In this document: positions 1 through 8,997 of the stretch, in pieces
How the letters are laid out: each line of letters starts with the position of its first letter
How positions within the stretch are numbered: position 1 is the first letter of the stretch
Virus record (IMG/VR): IMGVR_UViG_3300047552_002060
Coordinates: 20,775 to 84,774 of that record
Length of the DNA: 64,000 nt
Direction: 5' to 3' (one strand)
Origin: a virus
The notes under the pieces: generated by a model
What the model was told of the DNA's origin: nothing
Database searches by the model: none
What the model saw: the letters and a program-made list of their open reading frames with translations, nothing else
Made by a program: the position numbers and the translations under genes

Positions 1-155
1 CAGTGAAGGAACTCTAATACGTTTTCTTTTCAAGCACAAATATCTTGAAGGGTAAAATACACTCGACTCCACAAGATCAGATCTAGTACAGATCTTCTTT
101 TAATTGAGATCAACACAGTCAATTCCTGATCTCCCTAACCATAAGGCTAAATAAA

Positions 156-1262
156 ATGAAGCTTCCTAAGCTGTTCAAGATATCCTCAACAGGAGCAAAG
201 CAAGAGTGGGAGATATCAACCGAAGGTAATGTAATTGTGACGCGTTGGGGTCAAGTTAACGGAAAGATCCAAGAGACTCGGGACGAGATCAAAGAAGGTA
301 AGAATCAAGGTCGCAGCAATGAGACCACCGCGTCACAGCAGGCAGAAGCGGAAGCCACCAGTCAATGGGAAAAGAAGCTCAAGAAGGGATATGTAAAGTC
401 GCTTGATGCTGCGGAAGCTGGTGAGATTGATGATGTTATCACGGGCGGTGTCGAACCCATGCTGGCTAAGCGATTCGATGAGCATGGAGATAAGGTCGTC
501 TATCCTGCTTATGTTCAACCTAAGCTGGACGGTCATAGGTGTATTGCCATAGTTGATAAGAATGGACACTGTACTCTATGGAGTCGTACTCGTAAGCCAA
601 TCACCGGTCTTCCACATATCGTCAAGGCTATTGAGAACTCTGGCGCTAAGTATACCGTACTTGATGGAGAACTCTATAATCACAAGTACAAGTCTAATTT
701 TGAAGAGTTGACTAGCTTTATCCGCAATCCTGAGCCAAAGGAAGGACATGAAGTAGTCGAATATCATATCTATGATATAGCAGTAAATACTCTATCTTTC
801 AAAGAGCGGCTGGCAGAACTTTACAAGCTATCTGTCTATTCGCCACTTGTGTTAGTACAGACTCAGAAGGTTGTAGATGAAGAAGAACTCATGATCATGT
901 TCGAGAACTTTCTTAGTCAAGGATATGAGGGTGCTATGGTCCGCAATATGGCCGGTAAATACGTCAATAAGCGCTCTACTGATCTTCTGAAGATTAAAGA
1001 GTTTCAGGATGCTGAGTTCAAGATTGTGGATGTTGAAGAGGGGCGAGGTAAGCTAGCAGGCAAGGCTATCTTTGTATGTGCCAATGAGCAGGGCACTAAG
1101 TTCAAGGCCAAGATGAAAGGTGATCAGGATGAGCTGGCGAAGTACTGGAAGAAGCCCTCTCTCGCTATAGGTCGTATGCTCACTGTACAGTTTCAAGGTC
1201 TGACGGGAAAGAACGGTGTCCCTAGGTTCCCTGTGGGTCTGCGATTTCGCGATGACATGTAG
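156..1262 (+). CDS. lig: ATP-dependent DNA ligase with N-terminal WGR-like extension
   Basis: Motif I QPKLDGHRC, LDGELY, YHIYD, GYEGAMVR, LLKIK, C-terminal OB fold ending PRFPV. Confidence 0.95.
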   Translation: MKLPKLFKISSTGAKQEWEISTEGNVIVTRWGQVNGKIQETRDEIKEGKNQGRSNETTASQQAEAEATSQWEKKLKKGYVKSLDAAEAGEIDDVITGGVEPMLAKRFDEHGDKVVYPAYVQPKLDGHRCIAIVDKNGHCTLWSRTRKPITGLPHIVKAIENSGAKYTVLDGELYNHKYKSNFEELTSFIRNPEPKEGHEVVEYHIYDIAVNTLSFKERLAELYKLSVYSPLVLVQTQKVVDEEELMIMFENFLSQGYEGAMVRNMAGKYVNKRSTDLLKIKEFQDAEFKIVDVEEGRGKLAGKAIFVCANEQGTKFKAKMKGDQDELAKYWKKPSLAIGRMLTVQFQGLTGKNGVPRFPVGLRFRDDM

Positions 1263-1298
1263 GTTGATTATCTGGGATAATAGATATCAAGGACCTAT

Positions 1299-1541
1299 AT
1301 GAACATCAAATACCCACTAAATCGTTACACTATAAAGTTTGACTCAGAAAAGAAGCTATTCTTGTTGGTAGATAAAGAAGGAAATGTGGTTGGAGAGAAT
1401 ACTAATGGCCGAGAGCTAGGGCGAGATGCTTGGGGTTGGGGAGCACAAGAAGTCTGTTATGACTATGATCTAAACCTAGATGAAAAACTGCCATTGATGT
1501 CTACCTATGAGAAATTCAAAGCGCGAAGTCGAATGTCTTAA
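1299..1541 (+). CDS. hypothetical protein
   Basis: 80 aa ORF with AAGGA RBS, in gene string. Confidence 0.7.
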   Translation: MNIKYPLNRYTIKFDSEKKLFLLVDKEGNVVGENTNGRELGRDAWGWGAQEVCYDYDLNLDEKLPLMSTYEKFKARSRMS

Positions 1542-1803
1542 ACGTTTACAGGAGCTCTCTCCTGTATATGACGAACTACTCCAGTTCCTAGATCAAGAGT
1601 TCCTTATATCTAAGGAAGAACTGAAGGTTATCAAGAATTCACCTGAAAAGAGTAAGCTGCTACAGGCAAAACTTGCTCTTCTTTCTGATGAACGCAAGCT
1701 TCAACTTGTCGAATATATTTGGCAAGTTTTGCCTGTAGAGAGAATTTCTGTAACAATTGTGTCTGAACGCGCTATGAAAGAATTTGCGTATGGAGATACT
1801 TAA
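1507..1803 (+). CDS. hypothetical protein (probable target gene of the downstream HNH insertion)
   Basis: 98 aa ORF; start uncertain; C-terminal peptide echoed at end of next gene. Confidence 0.6.
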   Translation: MRNSKREVECLKRLQELSPVYDELLQFLDQEFLISKEELKVIKNSPEKSKLLQAKLALLSDERKLQLVEYIWQVLPVERISVTIVSERAMKEFAYGDT

Positions 1804-2428
1804 TGAAATCTAAAGCTGAACAGCAAAAAGAGTGGGCCAAAATAATCCAGAAAAGTATAAGGCGGCCCAGCGTCGGCATTATTTAAAACATAAAGAAAAA
1901 ATACTTCTTAAGACAAAAGAGTATGTAAAAAACTTGTCACTTGAAGAATTAAATAATCTTAAAGAAAAGAAGAAAATTCTTTGTGCTGCCTGGTATAAAC
2001 AAAATCAATCTAAAATCTTAGAAAAAGCTAAAGTTTATCAAACTCAGCGACGACAAGTTGACCTTAATTTTAAATTAAGGTGTTATTTACGCAGTCGTTT
2101 AAGTCATGCTATCAAGAATGGCCAAAAAATCGGTTCTGCTGTTGAAGATTTAGGTTATTCTTTAGATGACCTAAAGAAACACTTAGAATCTCAGTTTTAT
2201 CCTAATTCAATTACGGGAGAGGTAATGAGTTGGGATAACTATGGTAGGGACGGTTGGGAAATTGATCACATTGAGCCATTGGCTAAATTTGACTTATCTA
2301 TAAGAGAGCATTTTTTAAATGCTTGTAATTATAGAAATCTTCAACCACTCTGGTGGCAAGATAATGCTCAAAAAAGTGACAATATCGTAACTGATAGAGG
2401 TTTTAAAGAGTTCGTTGCGGAGATATAA
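1803..2428 (+). CDS. HNH homing endonuclease, apparently frameshifted near 5' end (open frame 1832-2428)
   Basis: WEIDHIEPL...YRNLQPLWWQDNAQKS HNH motif; AT-rich; ATG at 1803 (TAATG overlap) is out of frame with the body. Confidence 0.85.
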
Positions 2429-2430
2429 TC

Positions 2431-3063
2431 GTGGAATATTCGAGTGATCTAGAGGCAAAGCTAGCTGCTTATTTTATAGAGAACTATCCCTTTTTTACTG
2501 GGGATATCATTAGGATCAATGAAGATGTAGATGATGTCATTGAGGCTAGTGATCTTTATTTACCTCTCAATTTAAATAGTCTTAATCAATATAAAGCAAA
2601 GCATAATTATGCGGCTTTTCATCTAAAAGTCGACTACGTCAAGTTGATCAATCGTTCTACTCCAATGAGAGATATTATTCAACTTAGAGGAGATATACAT
2701 TACGTAATAGAGGAATTTCGACCAGTGATTCAAGACATGGCGACTTATTACAGTGACAAACCAATGCTCGCTGATGAAGTTTCTGAGTCACCTCTCTATG
2801 TGTGGTCAGGTGAAACACCAGCCGATTCCATTAGGAAAAAGCAGGCACTTAGTAAATTTAAGTATTTCACTGTAATCGCATTCATCTCAAGCTCAGTCAC
2901 CTTCGCCAAGATTCCTCCGTCTCTCGTAAAAGAGATGGATATGATGTTTGATGTGATGGCCGATCGTCTTAAAGAGACATTGGACGAGAAACTAGCCTCT
3001 AATATCCTTTCGATTTTGAAGAAATCTAGATCGGAAATTCGAAATAAGTATATTTCTCCATGA
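2431..3063 (+). CDS. hypothetical protein
   Basis: 210 aa ORF, tight spacing. Confidence 0.75.
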   Translation: MEYSSDLEAKLAAYFIENYPFFTGDIIRINEDVDDVIEASDLYLPLNLNSLNQYKAKHNYAAFHLKVDYVKLINRSTPMRDIIQLRGDIHYVIEEFRPVIQDMATYYSDKPMLADEVSESPLYVWSGETPADSIRKKQALSKFKYFTVIAFISSSVTFAKIPPSLVKEMDMMFDVMADRLKETLDEKLASNILSILKKSRSEIRNKYISP

Positions 3064-3269
3064 GCGAATCAAAAATTCGAAGTCGAGTTACTTCTTCTGA
3101 TGATGAATCTTTTAGTTCTATGGGAAGTAAAAGACTTAGTAGATTGTGGTGGCGCGTTTTACGCAAAACTTATGGGGATATTAGAAGCGAAGAATTTAAA
3201 CTTATCAAAAAGGCATATTTCATAAATAATTTTGAGTCAGGTCTACACGTCTACTCCACTGAGGAATAA
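3060..3269 (+). CDS. hypothetical protein
   Basis: 69 aa ORF, ATGA overlap. Confidence 0.55.
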   Translation: MSESKIRSRVTSSDDESFSSMGSKRLSRLWWRVLRKTYGDIRSEEFKLIKKAYFINNFESGLHVYSTEE

Positions 3270-4265
3270 ATGGCAAAAAATGGAAAGTTTGAAGTAAAAA
3301 ATATCACATCGTTTAGTGATCTGGTCAGTGGCAAAGTATCCATTCTTAACGAGAGTGATCTGTGCTTTCAGAATTCGACCGATATCGTCCAGCTAGCTTA
3401 CAAGGAACCAGAGAATGGAACCAAGTACGAGGTTAAGCCAGGTTTTTACACACTTGCTTCGACTGCTGCGGGTATTCAGACTTCTAAGATTGAGTTCCGT
3501 AAGCGTGACCTCCTCGAGGATGTCACTAGCACTAGAAGCATTATTTCTGAAGCACGGCTATTCTTTAATAAGCTTGAAGTATACGAGAAGCTCAATCGAC
3601 CCAAGAAACGTGGAGTATTGCTTTACAGTGCTCCCGGTTGCGGAAAGTCTTCTTCCATTGAGAAATTTTGTGTCGATTTCTCAGTTGAAGATCCTGGTAC
3701 CGTTGTGATCGTGTGGCCAACGTCAGAGATCGAGGCTGACTCAATTGCTCACTTCTTTGGCCACAGCATTGAATACACGTCTTCATGTACTCGCTTGATT
3801 CTCATCATCGAAGACATCGGCGGGAAGGAACCAGGCGAGTATCGAGGCAGTCAAGGAATTGATGCGGGTCTATTGAACCTACTGGATGGTATCGGTGTCA
3901 CTTTTAAGCTTCCTACTTTTATTGTCGCGACTACGAATCATCCAGAAAGCTTGCTACAGGCGCTTGCTGACCGACCTGGCCGGTTCGACCGCCTTATTAA
4001 GCTCAATCCCCCGACACACGAGGAGAAAGTACGGCTACTAACTTTCATCGCAAAGCGTGAGCTCACGGACGAAGAAAAGGAATCAATCGGTAGAAAGGGA
4101 ACAGAAGATTTTTCCGTTGCTCATCTTGAAGAGATCGCGATTCGTTCGCTTCTTCACGATAAGACATATATGGAAGTAATTCAAGAAATGATTGACCACA
4201 CAAAGCTCTTCAAGAAGAATTTTGAAGAGAAGGGTAGTGCTGGTTTTGGCTTTGGCAGAGATTAA
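3270..4265 (+). CDS. AAA+ ATPase (classic AAA clade)
   Basis: RGVLLYSAPGCGKS Walker A variant, LIIEDI Walker B, ATTNHPE and RPGRFDR second region of homology. Confidence 0.9.
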   Translation: MAKNGKFEVKNITSFSDLVSGKVSILNESDLCFQNSTDIVQLAYKEPENGTKYEVKPGFYTLASTAAGIQTSKIEFRKRDLLEDVTSTRSIISEARLFFNKLEVYEKLNRPKKRGVLLYSAPGCGKSSSIEKFCVDFSVEDPGTVVIVWPTSEIEADSIAHFFGHSIEYTSSCTRLILIIEDIGGKEPGEYRGSQGIDAGLLNLLDGIGVTFKLPTFIVATTNHPESLLQALADRPGRFDRLIKLNPPTHEEKVRLLTFIAKRELTDEEKESIGRKGTEDFSVAHLEEIAIRSLLHDKTYMEVIQEMIDHTKLFKKNFEEKGSAGFGFGRD

Positions 4266-4272
4266 GTCGATC

Positions 4273-4350
4273 GAGTAGAGCTGGATATCCGGAAACGCCT
4301 AGAAGCACACTAGGACCCTCTAGCGAGAGTTCGATTCTCTCGTCTACTCT
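4273..4350 (+). ncRNA. tRNA-like RNA with aberrant D/anticodon arms (central triplet GCA)
   Basis: GAGTAGA/TCTACTC acceptor, CCTAG-AAGCACA-CTAGG arm, GAGAG-TTCGATT-CTCTC T arm; no U33. Confidence 0.55.
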
Positions 4351-4372
4351 TGTAGTACACTTCAAACAAGGA

Positions 4373-4615
4373 ATGAACAAAATGACCACAACTTTAAACA
4401 ACGCTATTCTTCGTGTAACCCGTCGTACCGTAAAGGGCTTCACTGTTGGTGAGATCTTTGATCGTCTATCGAGCAGTGATGATCGCAACACTCCATACAA
4501 CAGCGTTCGCGCTCGTGTATATGAGCTTGCGGCAGCTGGTAAGCTAGCTCATGTCGGTGAGCGTCGCGATCCCGTCTCCGGTCGGGAGAGCAAGGTGTTC
4601 GTTCGCGCGTTCTAA
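4373..4615 (+). CDS. small basic winged-helix-like DNA-binding protein
   Basis: GFTVGEI...NSVRARVYELAAAGKL...RRDPVSGR pattern. Confidence 0.65.
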   Translation: MNKMTTTLNNAILRVTRRTVKGFTVGEIFDRLSSSDDRNTPYNSVRARVYELAAAGKLAHVGERRDPVSGRESKVFVRAF

Positions 4616-4624
4616 TAAGCGCCA

Positions 4625-4698
4625 TTCCTTGTAGCTCAAATTTGGAAGAGCGGCTGCTGTGAGGCAGTGGGTTACAGGTTCGAGTCCTGTCAAGGATT
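4625..4698 (+). tRNA. tRNA-His(GUG)-like gene with 6-nt anticodon loop
   Basis: TAGCTC..GG..GAGC D arm, GCTGC-TGTGAG-GCAGT arm, ACAGG-TTCGAGT-CCTGT T arm, TCCTTG/CAAGGA acceptor. Confidence 0.7.
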
Positions 4699-4714
4699 TT
4701 AATAGGAGAGGAGT

Positions 4715-4837
4715 GTGATTCCTACAGAAATCAAAGAAAAGATTAAAAGTGAACTTAGCTTTGTTGGTTTTCTCTGTGGATTAGCGATCATCGCAGGAGT
4801 AGTGCTCTATGAGCACTATAAGCATCGTAAGCCATGA
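4715..4837 (+). CDS. small single-pass membrane protein (40 aa, not in ORF track)
   Basis: GTG start after AGGAG, MIPTEIKEKIKSELSFVGFLCGLAIIAGVVLYEHYKHRKP, ATGA overlap with next gene. Confidence 0.65.
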   Translation: MIPTEIKEKIKSELSFVGFLCGLAIIAGVVLYEHYKHRKP

Positions 4838-5601
4838 AAGCCTATCCTGTTCTCAGTCAGTTCCCGCTTCCTCCAATCCAAGGTTGGACACCTCCGAGAC
4901 AATTCTCTACAGAATCGACTACATGTAAGTTCTGTCAAGAGCCGGATTTATATTGGCAATGGAGCTTCTATCTTAAGAAGTCTATACTAATAAATCCCGC
5001 AAGAAGAACATTTCATCGTTGTACGGCTTCTGGACAGAAAGATGTATTTCCCGGCTGGTGTGATAAGTGTCAAGCTGCCGATCTATTGTGGATTCGTAAG
5101 ACGAATGGATTTGAGCTCACTGAGAGCTACGGATTGCCACATTCATGTGAAGTCGATCCTCCAGAAGATATATCTCATACAACTTGTAAACATTGTTCAC
5201 AGAAAGATCTCCTTTGGACCTTAAGAGGTGCTCGCTATACCCTCGTTGATACTAGGGGAATCAAGCACAACTGTCCCGCTTATCCTTCCTATATGAAGGA
5301 CTGGGCAGAAGCCCTACGCATGAACTATGCTGCTGAAAAGGCATGGCTGAAAGCTATACCAGACGACACACCTTGTAAAAAATGTAAAGGCTTTGGTGTT
5401 ATTATCTACACCTCTAAGAGCAAGAAAAACCTTCAAAAGTACAACTCCTCCGAACCGATACGGATGTCTCGCCCATGTGTTAAATGTAAGCAATTAGGGA
5501 CCTTTACAGCATTAAAGAAGAAGGCATATCTAAAAGACCTTAGAAAGAAATATTGGCCCTTCAGGATTGGATTCCACAAGTGGAAGAAACACAAGCCATG
5601 A
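4834..5601 (+). CDS. multi-zinc-finger protein (3x CxxC..W..HxC plus CxxCxGxG-like pair)
   Basis: Internal repeats CKFC/CDKC/CKHC each followed by DLxW and HxC; PCKKCKGFG and PCVKCKQLG. Confidence 0.75.
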   Translation: MKAYPVLSQFPLPPIQGWTPPRQFSTESTTCKFCQEPDLYWQWSFYLKKSILINPARRTFHRCTASGQKDVFPGWCDKCQAADLLWIRKTNGFELTESYGLPHSCEVDPPEDISHTTCKHCSQKDLLWTLRGARYTLVDTRGIKHNCPAYPSYMKDWAEALRMNYAAEKAWLKAIPDDTPCKKCKGFGVIIYTSKSKKNLQKYNSSEPIRMSRPCVKCKQLGTFTALKKKAYLKDLRKKYWPFRIGFHKWKKHKP

Positions 5602-5873
5602 GCAAGTCAAAGAAAAAGATCCCGTATAATGGTCGAGATGAGAACATCGTCAAGATCATCAAAGGTGCTACCAAGAGTGGAATCCATAAAGACTTGAAGA
5701 AGGAAGAGAATAAATATGCTTCTCGTTCCAAGGTGAAAGCGGAAGATGATTGCTGCCTACAGTGTGGCTTTCCATATCGTGAGCATCGAGGCTTGGACGC
5801 AAACGAACTAGCCGCTATGGAATGTGGATTCTGCTCTGTATCATGTATGGACTACTATAAGACCCAAGAATAA
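5598..5873 (+). CDS. hypothetical protein with C-terminal Cys cluster
   Basis: ATGA overlap start; CLQC...FCSVSC. Confidence 0.65.
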   Translation: MSKSKKKIPYNGRDENIVKIIKGATKSGIHKDLKKEENKYASRSKVKAEDDCCLQCGFPYREHRGLDANELAAMECGFCSVSCMDYYKTQE

Positions 5874-5881
5874 GGAAATTT

Positions 5882-6124
5882 ATGCATACACGACCATCCG
5901 AAGCATCAGTATTACGAGATCTTCTAAAGAAAGAGATGAAGGATAGCAGCAAATTTAAGGAGCTTCTCGCTGAGCTTGATGTAGAATGCGATGTGTCTAG
6001 GGATAGTGTGTGGAATGACCAATTTCATTGTTCCATTCACGCAGTAACATTCCGCGACCATGAAGAGTCTTATATATGTCCGGTTGGGCAATTTGCCCGA
6101 GAATTGAAGAGTAGGTATGAGTAA
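5882..6124 (+). CDS. hypothetical protein
   Basis: 80 aa ORF with AAGGA RBS. Confidence 0.65.
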   Translation: MHTRPSEASVLRDLLKKEMKDSSKFKELLAELDVECDVSRDSVWNDQFHCSIHAVTFRDHEESYICPVGQFARELKSRYE

Positions 6125-6479
6125 GCGACTTGAGAAACTTAAAGAAGCAGCTTATAAGGAAGCACTCAAAAGCGATGGACGCCAGCGTCATGGTGCTGTA
6201 GTCATTGGTACTGGTGGTCGTATCTTGGCCAAGGCATGTAACAACTATGACAATGGCTGCCATGCTGAAGTTCGAGCGATCAAGCGTGTTCCTCATGATG
6301 CTAAGAAGGATATAGAAGAACTCATGGTTGTCAGGGCTCGCAAGAGTCAGAAGTATGGAATGAGCAAGCCATGCCCTGAGTGCCAGGCTGCTATCAAAGC
6401 AGCAAAGATTAAGGTAGTCTACTATTCGACGAACGGAGAAGTTCTTGGATATGACACATACGACGAAGACAACATATGA
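6117..6479 (+). CDS. cytidine/deoxycytidylate deaminase-fold protein
   Basis: HGAVVI, CHAE, KPCPEC zinc motifs. Confidence 0.85.
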   Translation: MSKRLEKLKEAAYKEALKSDGRQRHGAVVIGTGGRILAKACNNYDNGCHAEVRAIKRVPHDAKKDIEELMVVRARKSQKYGMSKPCPECQAAIKAAKIKVVYYSTNGEVLGYDTYDEDNI

Positions 6480-6486
6480 CAGCTTG

Positions 6487-6621
6487 ATGAACAAGTACGA
6501 GTTTGCTAAAGAATCAGCTACTCGCTTTGGCTCATGGAGCGAGATGGATAAGTTTGTAAAGGAGATCTTGCGAGAGATCTCACAAGAGACAGAAAGTTGG
6601 CAGCCTGAGTATCAAGCATGA
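6487..6621 (+). CDS. small hypothetical protein (44 aa)
   Basis: MNKYEFAKES...; fills gap, ATGA overlap with next gene. Confidence 0.45.
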   Translation: MNKYEFAKESATRFGSWSEMDKFVKEILREISQETESWQPEYQA

Positions 6622-7130
6622 AATACCTGTCAATTCTCCTATTGCTCGCCTGTAGTCCAGTTCCCTGCTATCCAGAGAGTGGCCTGAGTAACTTTACGTC
6701 ATATCAGACACCCAAAGAAGAACCTTCTCTTGAGATAATGGCCCAACTCAGGCAGGTAGAAGCATGTCTAGCTCCACTCAAGACAACATGGCTCTCTGAT
6801 GAAGAAGCAAAAGCCGCAGAATGCTACGGTAGGTCTGCTGCTTCTTTAGAGCTCAGGGCATGTATGCGGGTCGCAGTAGCACCAGATTGGTACACAAGTA
6901 CGTGTACCGGCGAGCAAGTTTTCAATTGCAGTATTGGTAACGCTCGTTGCTTAGAAAAGGGAATTACTCCTACTGCTGAATGTCCATGTAGTTGTCGGGC
7001 TCAGATTCAAGATACAACTACTATCTGGATCACGCCTAATCGCAAGCTGTTGTCTGCTTATGCAGTTACTCTTCTAACAGGCTGTCTCAGTCCATGGACA
7101 CCTACTCTCGTTAAATGTTCTAACATCTAG
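6618..7130 (+). CDS. Cys-rich putative lipoprotein/exported protein
   Basis: MKYLSILLLLAC lipobox-like signal, numerous Cys. Confidence 0.65.
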   Translation: MKYLSILLLLACSPVPCYPESGLSNFTSYQTPKEEPSLEIMAQLRQVEACLAPLKTTWLSDEEAKAAECYGRSAASLELRACMRVAVAPDWYTSTCTGEQVFNCSIGNARCLEKGITPTAECPCSCRAQIQDTTTIWITPNRKLLSAYAVTLLTGCLSPWTPTLVKCSNI

Positions 7131-7134
7131 ATAT

Positions 7135-7207
7135 TCCCGAGTAGCTCAATTGGTAGAGCGTCGCACTGTTAATGCGAAAGTCGTAGGTTCGAAACCTACC
7201 TCGGGAG
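7135..7207 (+). tRNA. tRNA-Asn(GUU)
   Basis: Canonical cloverleaf: TCCCGAG/CTCGGGA, TCGCA-CTGTTAA-TGCGA, GTAGG-TTCGAAA-CCTAC; CCA not encoded. Confidence 0.95.
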
Positions 7208-7316
7208 CTGTTGAGTATGTGAGCCATCTTAGATGGCATAAGAAAAAAGACCACGACATTGACCGAATCGCACGTTACCAACTGTCTTTACTTCTTTTAT
7301 CATATCCTCAATCTTT

Positions 7317-7571
7317 ATGCCGATACGTATATTCTTTTTAAGCCAATTGAATAATCGAGTCCAACGTGGAGAATTGTCTCAAGGATGGCATTCGTGTTGG
7401 GCATTACTTAAATTCTTAACCTCTCTTAAACAGATTAAGTTGATAACTCCATCAACTTGGGATTCTGCTTATAGAGATGTTTGTGCTGTTTGGCAGGATT
7501 CAAAGCGAGCATTTAAATATGAAACAAAACAAAAAGAAATCTTACACACCACCTTCGAAACCTCTTCGTGA
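7317..7571 (+). CDS. small protein, FF..LKL family member
   Basis: ALLKFLTSLKQIKLITPSTWDSAY. Confidence 0.5.
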   Translation: MPIRIFFLSQLNNRVQRGELSQGWHSCWALLKFLTSLKQIKLITPSTWDSAYRDVCAVWQDSKRAFKYETKQKEILHTTFETSS

Positions 7572-7851
7572 CCCTGACCATATCAGTAAGAGAGGTGTAT
7601 ATTACTGGTGGAGTACGGAATGGCTCCGAGGCACCAATTCTGCCAACACTTCTTTTGGTCGAATTAAGGCCATTAAAGAGCGCGGAACAGTGAATCTATA
7701 TATGGTAAGTAAAGATGGCAACCTTACTTACATTCAAGGCAGCATCCAGCAAGAATTTAAGGATTGGCATCTGCAGAGAAAGATAGACTATTTCTTTCTA
7801 GCTGATGACCCAGAAGCACTGGACGATATCATTCTTGCGTCCGATCCGTGA
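7519..7851 (+). CDS. hypothetical protein
   Basis: ORF 7477-7851, likely ATG at 7519. Confidence 0.65.
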   Translation: MKQNKKKSYTPPSKPLRDPDHISKRGVYYWWSTEWLRGTNSANTSFGRIKAIKERGTVNLYMVSKDGNLTYIQGSIQQEFKDWHLQRKIDYFFLADDPEALDDIILASDP

Positions 7852-7859
7852 GTAAGTAG

Positions 7860-8669
7860 CTATACTCCTGCTCCTGGAACACCTGTCAGCATCGGTTTCG
7901 GTACGACGACTTCCTCGTCAATCTTAACATTCGGGTCACTCTCTTCTTTAACATGTTTATTTAGTTCAAGCTTAGGAACATTGTGACGATTAACTCTGCT
8001 GTACAGCTTGTGAACTAAGACTTCCATATCAGCATGTGCTGGAGTTTTCTTCAGCTGCGACGATCGCAGTTTACGAAGGTTTCCTCGCTTCTTAGGTTCA
8101 ACGACTTTATCTGCCAAGCCCAACTTAATAGTTTCTTCTGCAGAGAGATATAAGTCGCGCTGACACACATCTTCCCAAAAGCTCTTAGGCATCCTAGAAT
8201 TGGCTGCATACACGTCATAGAGCATATCCTGAAGACGCTTTGCCTCTTCCATCGCGATCTTCGCATCTGTATGTGTACCTTCGAAATATTCAGTGCCGTC
8301 ATGAATCATAACAGTCGTGTTTGGATAAAGATAGCGTTCGTCACAGATGGCCATAATCCATGTAGCACTACTCTGAACAATCCCACCGCCGAAAAACTTG
8401 ACTTGACATGGACAAGCTAAGATCTCATCACATAGCCGTAGCATCGAGTAGGGATCACCGCCGGCACTATTCATATATAGTTCTATGGGTTTTCCAGGGG
8501 CTTCATTCACAAGTCGATGAAGAGCTCTCACTGCGAGTTCGATCGAACGTTGAGTCACTTCTCCACACTCTTCATCGGCTTGACCTGTGTAGTCTCCGAA
8601 GTAGATACGACGGTTCTTGGTATCTATACCGTAATCTAGAAAGTCACCTAATTCCGTTTTAAGGGCCAT
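7860..8669 (-). CDS. clpP: ClpP-family ATP-dependent protease proteolytic subunit (copy 1)
   Basis: YMNSAGG, QSSA (catalytic Ser), MIHD (His), RDLYLSAEE..LGLADKV (Asp); C-terminal extension. Confidence 0.88.
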   Translation of the reverse strand: MALKTELGDFLDYGIDTKNRRIYFGDYTGQADEECGEVTQRSIELAVRALHRLVNEAPGKPIELYMNSAGGDPYSMLRLCDEILACPCQVKFFGGGIVQSSATWIMAICDERYLYPNTTVMIHDGTEYFEGTHTDAKIAMEEAKRLQDMLYDVYAANSRMPKSFWEDVCQRDLYLSAEETIKLGLADKVVEPKKRGNLRKLRSSQLKKTPAHADMEVLVHKLYSRVNRHNVPKLELNKHVKEESDPNVKIDEEVVVPKPMLTGVPGAGV

Positions 8670-8730
8670 AATTTAGTATTCTACCCCGTTTATAAGTGTT
8701 TAAAAAAGCAACAATAACCAAAAGGACAAC

Positions 8731-8997
8731 ATGTCTAAGAAAGAAACCGTGGAAGAATTTTTGAAGCGTGGTGGGACTATAACTAAAATCCCGCCAGTAG
8801 CACCCGCAGAAGACAGCAGCAATGACCACATTGTACCCACTACCAATGGCGGCGGAACAACTATGTTTACCCTAGGTGAGGGCGCCCTATATTATTCTGA
8901 ATCTAAAGCTAAGCCCAAGAAACTCAAGAAACTTGATGAAGTTATCAATAAGTCTGCTCTTCCTGCTTCTCTATTGAAATACATGTCCAAAAATTAA
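8731..8997 (+). CDS. SutA-like RNA polymerase-binding protein (putative)
   Basis: VEEFLKRGGTITKIPP resembles the SutA EEFLxRGGKVQEI core motif. Confidence 0.55.
   Translation: MSKKETVEEFLKRGGTITKIPPVAPAEDSSNDHIVPTTNGGGTTMFTLGEGALYYSESKAKPKKLKKLDEVINKSALPASLLKYMSKN

Noticed and set aside
1530-1545. Possible +1 frameshift fusing 1299-1541 with 1507-1803 at TCT TAA A
   Set aside because: No plausible tRNA re-pairing and an in-frame ATG exists at 1507
7150-7341. ORF starting inside tRNA-Asn; also 30225-30416 and the 5' part of 54624-54815
   Set aside because: Starts lie within or run across tRNA sequence; only the downstream parts may be coding
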